Assembly: GCA_048213135.1 (NCBI GenBank)
Contig: PS015077.1
Location: forward strand, 114,917-157,591
Length of the DNA stretch: 42,675 bases
Source of the DNA: Reclinomonas americana ATCC 50394
Taxonomy: Eukaryota
Reading direction: 5' to 3'
The position numbers were made by a program, and so were the translations under genes. The notes beneath the pieces were generated by a model. The model saw nothing but the letters and a program-made list of their open reading frames with translations. It ran no database searches and had not been told where the DNA came from. Positions within the stretch are counted from its first letter, which is position 1, and every line of letters begins with the position of its first letter. This document shows, piece after piece, positions 35,657-42,675 of this stretch.

Positions 35657-38600
35657 ATGGGTTGTGCGGCGCCAGTAGCCGCCTCGCGTCCACGCGCTGG
35701 TTTGCACATCTGATAGCACGCTACACTTGTGCTTGGCATACAGTCCTCACTGCGTCGCGCGCAGTGTACGATGATCCACCAACCGTGTACACACCGATTC
35801 CACCGCAGGTGTGCGATCGCATCGCCACGAGTAGTAGCGCTCTCCCCACACTCACACACATGTGCGCACTCTCTCTGCGAGCAGTTTGCGCCGGTGACTT
35901 CTCCGGCGCTGCTGCCACATTCACCGATGGCTTCGCCACCGACGCCATCCTCGTTGGTCGTTGCGGCGCGATCGCCACCGCAGCAATTCACTCCCGTACG
36001 CACGCCCAGCCGCATGATGAACCTCTCACACACAGCGACGCCACCGGTTAGTGCTGTTCACAAGAACGTTCTTATGAGTGCGCGATCTGTTGTGTGATGA
36101 ACAAACGCGGCTGCAGAATGCCACTCCGCTGGCCGTCTTGCGTGACAAGATCGAGCAACTGCGAATGCGCTGTCTCATGCGGTTGCGTGGTGATCGCCTT
36201 CGGCAGTGCTCGTCGCCCTGTGCGTCTCCTCATCTCGTGATCGTTCACCACGCCTCCAGCATCCGCGATGAACTGGAGTTGGCGTATCGCAGCTGCTTGG
36301 CTGTGCCAGTGAGCGCCGAGGTGATGGCGGGTCGGCATCTGCACGACACCACAAACGTGCCAGCGTGGGATCTGCTCGTGGAGTTTGCGAAACAAGACAG
36401 CGATCGCGTACTGCTGGTAGTCGGGCCGAGCGGGAGCGGCAAGACGATGCTGGCTCACAATCTGGAGGCGTTTATGTGGGAGGTTGGATCGCGATGTTGT
36501 GCGTGTGGGCGATGCACGTGTGTGTGGCTCACTCGCTTGTGCTCGCATGCACACTGGCAGAACTGGGAGTGGGGCAACTCGGCGCCCATTCCGGTGCGTG
36601 TGCCTCTGGATCTGTGCCTGCTCGACGATGTCGTCAGTGGCGAGTTCTGGGATCGTCTGCTGGCGCACGAGGGCTTCACGTTTGACGAGGTTTGTGTTGA
36701 TTCTCCACACATACTCTCCTTGCCATTTGCTCATGTGTCGCCGTCGTCGATGATGGCATCTAGCGAGCTGCGCTCAAGGTGCACCACGAAATCGTCTTCT
36801 TGTGTGACGCCTACGAGAGCCTGGCACCGAATCCTCCCAATCTCTACACTCACAACCGCCTGTCGGTTCGATACGCTATCAAGCTCCGCACGTCGCGGTT
36901 GCGACCATTCTCGCTCACACGCTCCCTTCATTCGTGCAGGCGTGGCAGGCAAAGCTCGTTGTGCTGTGCGACAGCGGCTTTATTCGCTCGTTCAAGCACG
37001 GCAACCTCTTCACCACCCTCTTCTCTCCAATATCAGCGTTTCCGACGCTGGGTAGTCCGCTCATACCCGGCCTGTCGCAGTGCTTCCTGAAACCGCTCAA
37101 CGATTCGCAACTGAATGCGTTTCTGCAAGAGTTGCGCTGCACTGTCGATCTCATTGTTGGTGTGTTGTCGTCGTCGTCGTCGTTCACCTCATGACGAATT
37201 CCGGGCCCCCAGGTTCGTCAAGACACCACATACGCAGTCGCGCGACTGGCAAGTGTACAGAAGGCAGCTGGAGGGTGTACCAGGCCTGCTGACCCTGTGT
37301 CGTGAGGTGCTGTCATCAGTCGCCCCTTGTCGCTTGCGTAACCCACGCACACTGAACAAGCTGTTGCGTGTTGCTTGCGCAGCCGTTGTATCTGAACCTT
37401 GCACTGGCCTGTTTGCCGGTTTCGTTCGCGGACGGCGATGTTGACGCAGCGTTTTCAACTGCCACGCATCGTGCACCGCTGAAGTCATACGAGCTGATCG
37501 GCGCGTTTGTTCGATGGTGGTTCACCAATGTCATTCGACAGCCGCCATTTGCGCAGGTGTTGTTGTTGTTGTTGTTGTGACGCCCACTACCAGCTGCTCA
37601 TTGACATCACCTGTGTCTGCAGGCCTTTACTCGAGAGCCGAGTCTCGCGCAGTCACTTCTCCCGTTTGGCAAGACTATTGCCTTTTGGTTGCTTGCCACC
37701 CCCGCTGCGCAAGTGTCGGAGGAGTGCTGCCCTGTCGGGTGGCAGTACATCAACAGTCTGTGCCATCCGACGCAACTGGATCTGCTTGTTCGCGCGGTCA
37801 GTTGTGCGGAGTATTCTCGTTGTTGTTGGTGTGCAGCTAGCTGATGCGCCATAATCAGGGCTGCATGTCGTGGACAGAGCAGGGTGGAATTCAGTTTGCA
37901 CACAGAGCATTGTTTGCGTACTTTGCCGCAGTGGAGACGGTGGAAACATGTGTGGCTGGCGGAGATAGACTCGAAGCGCACGCATTCAATCATCGCATCT
38001 TGACTTCGGAGGTGCGTTGTGTGTCTCTGCTCTGTCCCTGAAAAGCAAAGTTGACCTGGTTGTCGTCGCGCACACGTCAGCGACAATTGGTGTCCTTTAT
38101 CGGCGAGAGTGCCCAACGCAATGCGCAAGTGGCCGCTCGCTTGTTTGAGATTGTACAGAGCTCTGCGACGCGACCGGAGATGGCCATCGCTGCCAGCAAT
38201 GCTGCAACGGGTGCTTATTTTCCCATGGATTCAACGGCATTTCTTTTTTGCCTCTCATTCTCTATCTCTCCGTGCAGTGCTCAACTGGGCCAGTTTTTCG
38301 TTTGCCAACCAGAACATGGCCCATGTGCGACTCCCGTACGTTGACTTTTCGCGAGTGCGTCTATTGTCTCCGTGTGCGTGCGTGATTGCTCTCGTTTTGC
38401 TGACAACAGCACAGGCGTGGCTCGATGGCACGAATTTGGAGGGTGCGCACCTTCAGCACGCTGTGCTGGAGAAAGCGTGGCTGCGGCGAGCCAATCTGCG
38501 GAATGCCGACTTGTCGGACGCTGTGCTTCGAATGCATCCACACATGCACCATCCGGGCTGGGTCATGTGTGTGGCACTCTCTGCCAGTGGTTTGCACCTG

Positions 38601-41139
38601 GCCACTGGCTGCAAGGACTCGATGCTGCGGATATGTGCGTACTCGAATTGCAGCGTGGCGCGTGTTTTGTGAATGCTGTGAGTGACGGGTACCGTGTGTG
38701 CAGGGGACACGGAGGTGTTTGAGTGCGAGCGAGTGCTCGCCGGTCACACGGGCATGATCGAATGTGTTGCCTGGCTGCCGAGTTCTGCCATGGTGGTATC
38801 CGGCAGTGACGATTGTACTCTCCGCCTGTGGCATGTGGAAAAAGGAGTGTGTTTGCGCGTGCTGAACGGGCACACCAAGTGGGTCAGGTGAGAACGAACT
38901 GTTTCGCAACTCGGTCATCGTGGGTCATTCTCACACACTCCGCATCTGCTCGTGTGCAGGAGTCTGGCCCTCGCTGGTGGGTCGCTGATTGTGAGCTGTG
39001 GCGATGACGGCACGGTGCGCTCGTGGCCCTTTCGCACCTCGGGCGACGGCAAGGTCATTGACACGCTCCCGGAGCATTTGACCTGCATCGCGTCGTCTGG
39101 CGACGGTGCGCTCATAGGCGCGGGAGGCGACGGAAACACAGTGTATGTGTGGAGTGCCACACAGAGTACACGACTTGCCGTTCTGCACGGGCATCACGAA
39201 GAAGTCAGGTAGATGCAGCAGGCGTTGCAAGTGTCTTCTCGGTGTCTGACTGGCGGCGTTTTGCAGTGATGTTGCCTTTTCTCCCGACGGCCAGCTACTC
39301 GCCTCTGCGTCATTGGATCGACGTGTGTTGCTGTGGAAGACTCCGCCGGCTGATGCCGCACCCGATTTGAATGCCGACCACAAGCCGGTGTTGGAAATGT
39401 CTCACCCAGGCATGGTCAAGGTACGCTGCGCGGCATTGCGTGTGGCATGCCCACAGCGCCGCGTTTCACGCGAGTCTCACTCCTTGGTCCAACAGTGCCT
39501 GGCCTTCTCACCTGTTGGTCACATGCTGGCCACCGGGTGCGTGGACCTTGGCATGCGACTGTGGGACACGATCACTGGCGTTCTTCTCGCCACGCTTGAG
39601 CACGGCCCCACAGACTGGCCAACGGCGGCTGTGTTCACGCACGATGGAGAGTCCGTCATCTATGCCAGTCGCGACAGCGCAGTGCGCTTGGTGAGTGATG
39701 CAGTCACCTTTTCTGGTTGCTTTCTCGTGTCGACTCACAACGTGTGCGCAGTGGAGCCCACACGACAGGTGTGTCCTTGCGGCTTGCGCCAGGTGGTTTC
39801 GATTGCGCCCTCTGTGCTCATCTGCTCCTTTCTCCACAGTTTCCGTTCCCCCACCGCCGGTCAAGAGCACCATGGCAGCGTGCAGGCAGTGGCGGTTTCA
39901 CCCGATGGTCGCACACTGGCCACCTCTTGTGAGGATGCCAATGTTCGAGTGTGGAACGTGACAAATGGGCGACTGCTGGCCTGTCTGAGCGCGCATCGAG
40001 CGCCGGTGCTGGTGAGCTGCCGCCTCCGTCTCCACATACCACTTGTCGCTGTGATCTCACACACAAGTGGCGACGTGCATGCAGAATCTTCTCTTTTCTC
40101 GCGACAGTCAACTGCTCTTGTCGTTCGGAAGCGACATGGTGATCCATGTGTGGAGTGCGGAGCAGTTTGTTCTGCTGCGCACTCTGTCGGGTCTCACGTC
40201 GGAGGTGACGTGCGGAGATTTCTCTGCCGACGGGTCGTTGTTAATCACCGGGTCACTGGACTTTGGTGTTCAACGCTGGCTCTTCTCGACTGGCCTCGTA
40301 CTGCGCACTCACGTTGGCCACGTCGATGCTGTCACCTCTGTGGCGTGCTCCTCGGATGGCGTCAGCGTAGTTTCTGGTTCTCGCGACACTACAATCCGGC
40401 TGTGGAGTGAGACCGACTGTTTGCGCATTCTCTCTGGGCATCGCGGTACCATTAGCAGGTGTGTGTGCGTGCTGGGAGACTGACAAGTGGTGAGAAGAAA
40501 ACAAAGATTTATGTTTTCTTTCCGCAGCTTGGCTTTTGTGGGTCAAGGAGAGCGCCTGGTCTCAGCCTCCAATGATGGCACACTGCGCTTGGTGAGAGTT
40601 CGCGCTTGTATGCATGTAATTTCCATTGTGTGTGTGTCTCACCGCGCTCACCTCACGCAGTGGTCACTGTTGACGTTTGAATGCTGGCTGACGATCGAGA
40701 CCAGCCTTCGCACGGTTCACTCGGTGGCCTTGTCGCCGGACTCGAAGATTGCTGCGGTGGCCGGCGATGGCCTCGATGTGCTGCTGGTGGCGTTGGATAC
40801 GGGGCGCACGGTGGCGACGCTGGCCGGACACACAGCTGCAGTTCGCAGCGTGCGCTTTGCGGGCGACAATTTACTGGTACTGACTCGGCTCTCCGTCGAT
40901 TTCGTACAAAAAGGATTCAGCTCACTATTGTTTGCGTGTTGCAGAGCGGTGGCGACGACGGTACCGCCCTGCTGTGGAACTTGACCAGCCTCATGGACGA
41001 GTCCGTCGATCCTTGTAATGTGCCCGTGGAGTGGTGCGCCGGAACGCACCTGCTGCATCTGCGTGGTGCTTGTGTCGACGGCATTCGTGGTCTCTCCAGT
41101 GCGCAGGAACTGATGCTTCGCCAGAACGCTGTAAGATAA
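35657..41139 (+). CDS. STAND-class NACHT-like NTPase with pentapeptide repeats and C-terminal WD40 repeats (NLR-like), N-terminus MGC
   Basis: Walker A VLLVVGPSGSGKT; Walker B IVFLCDAYE; NLYTHNRL; PLYLNLAL; winged-helix IQFAHRAL; AASNAATVL; pentapeptide GTNLEGAHLQHAVLEKAWLRRANLRNADL; many GH..SGS.D.T.RLW repeats; C-terminal GLSSAQELMLRQ. Confidence 0.85.
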
Positions 41140-41724
41140 TGCATGTACAAAAGGACCATGGTATTTTTGTTTTACTTTCTCCACCGCCACTNNNNNNNNN
41201 NNNNNNNNNNNNNNNNNNNNNNNNNNNNNNNNNNNNNNNNNNNNNNNNNNNNNNNNNNNNNNNNNNNNNNNNNNNNNNNNNNNNNNNNNNNNNNNNNNNN
41301 NNNNNNNNNNNNNNNNNNNNNNNNNNNNNNNNNNNNNNNNNNNNNNNNNNNNNNNNNNNNNNNNNNNNNNNNNNNNNNNNNNNNNNNNNNNNNNNNNNNN
41401 NNNNNNNNNNNNNNNNNNNNNNNNNNNNNNNNNNNNNNNNNNNNNNNNNNNNNNNNNNNNNNNNNNNNNNNNNNNNNNNNNNNNNNNNNNNNNNNNNNNN
41501 NNNNNNNNNNNNNNNNNNNNNNNNNNNNNNNNNNNNNNNNNNNNNNNNNNNNNNNNNNNNNNNNNNNNNNNNNNNNNNNNNNNNNNNNNNNNNNNNNNNN
41601 NNNNNNNNNNNNNNNNNNNNNNNNNNNNNNNNNNNNNNNNNNNNNNNNNNNNNNNNNNNNNNNNNNNNNNNNNNNNNNNNNNNNNNNNNNNNNNNNNNNN
41701 NNNNNNNNNNNNNNNNNNNNNNNN

Positions 41725-42675
41725 CCGCCGAGTCAATCGACACCACCTCCAGTTTGTCGGCCAAATGCTCAATGCCGGCCTGCACGTCGATGAGGATCTT
41801 GGTGACGCGCTCGTACTTCTTGCGGTTACGCTCGCACTTGGCCTTGGCGTCGCCAAGTGGTCCTCGAACTCGTCGACAATGCGACGCGAGACCAGCGTGC
41901 CGGTGCCCGAGTACTTGAGCTCCTCCAGGCGCTTCTTCAGCTCGTTGCGCTCCGACGACAGCACGTCGATCTTCTCCTGACCCTCGCGCACCAGCTGCTG
42001 CAGGTTGCGGTGCGTGTCCTCTTGTGTGAGGAACTTCTGGATGACCAGGTTCACGTCGCTGACACCAGTGGCGTCCTTGATGATGCGGAAAATGCGCTCG
42101 TGCTCCGCAATCTTCTCCTCGTACTCGCGCATCTCCTCCTCCTCCTTCTTGGCGCGCGCCTCTGCCGTCAGTCCGTCGTCGGGGCCCGCCTCCTCGGCGT
42201 GCTTCTGCGCCTCTTTTTGTGCACGCTCACGCTCCTCAATCTGTGCCGCGCAAGGCACAAGTGTCAATAAAACACGGACGGGAGGGAAAGCGGGAGAGGG
42301 AGGGAGGGAGAGAGGAACGCACCCTCTCAGCCATGCGTCGCGTGACTTCCTCGCGCTGCGCCAGCACTCTCCGCTTCTCCTCCAGCTCCTTGAGGCGCTG
42401 CTCGCGCTGCTCCTCCACAAAGCGCTTGAAATTGTTGAGCTCGGTGCGCGCCACATCTCGAGCATGCGCCGCATCGTGGCACATGGTGTCGAGCTCCTCG
42501 TGATCGTGCATCTTGGCCTTCAACGTGCGCTCAATCGCCGACAGCTGGTTATCAAAGCCCACGCGCTCCTCCTTCAGCCGCTTCACAATCTGCTCGTACG
42601 TCTTGCGAATCGACAGCGCCTCGTTGTGCTTGATGACGGCCTTCTCCAGTCGGTTCTCCAGCATGCGGATTTGCT
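41725..42675 (-). CDS. ODAD3: Outer dynein arm docking complex subunit, CCDC151/ODA10-like; partial at both ends
   Basis: LENRLEKA..KHNEA..IRKTY..L.EE..FDNQL, HDA.HARD.A..EL, IKDATGVSD...IQKFLTQ and LEELKYSG match CCDC151/ODA10 as recalled. One intron at ~42242-42321 and an apparent 1-nt indel near 41850. Confidence 0.8.

Noticed and set aside
35450-35700. Fusion of the receptor and the NACHT-WD40 gene into one transmembrane NLR
   Set aside because: The best splicing ends at in-frame TAA 35568-35570 (or TAA at ~35485 if the last intron is retained), followed by TGTACA and a fresh MGC start.
41840-41860. Programmed frameshift or pseudogenisation in ODAD3
   Set aside because: A single 1-nt discrepancy about 130 nt from an assembly gap, with no slippery site, is most likely a consensus error. 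Raw reads would settle it.
1-42675. Alternative genetic code, tRNA/rRNA genes, transposases
   Set aside because: In-frame stops fall inside plausible introns, and TAA and TGA both end genes. No RNA gene or mobile-element signature was recognised by eye; a covariance-model search was not possible.

Overview
Gene-dense, intron-rich eukaryotic scaffold. Most introns are GT-AG, about 55-100 nt, with CTGAC/CTCAC/CTAAC-like branch points, and there are seven N gaps. The host is probably a flagellated protist, since it carries an outer-dynein-arm docking gene (ODAD3/CCDC151). Splicing the exons by hand gives nine genes: (1) partial MEMO1; (2) a small unknown minus-strand gene; (3) a Kelch + pseudokinase + Cys-less HECT-like protein; (4) a nucleoplasmin-like protein; (5) a minus-strand pseudokinase; (6) an intronless possible papain-fold peptidase; (7) a ~19 kb type-I membrane protein gene (signal peptide, KP-43/Tag-type subtilase with all three catalytic residues replaced, cadherin-like domain, ~19-22 IPT/TIG-like repeats, FN3 domains, TM helix); (8) an adjacent MGC-start NACHT-pentapeptide-WD40 STAND protein; (9) partial ODAD3. 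Highlights: about 40 introns use a one-base-shifted donor GTTGCGT/GTTGAGT/GTTACGT, mostly after non-G exon ends; a giant dead-protease receptor sits directly upstream of an NLR-like gene; four catalytically dead enzyme domains cluster together; TGTACA is a candidate 3'-end signal; and a 5-nt microexon is predicted. All gene models and family assignments are manual, with no database searches.
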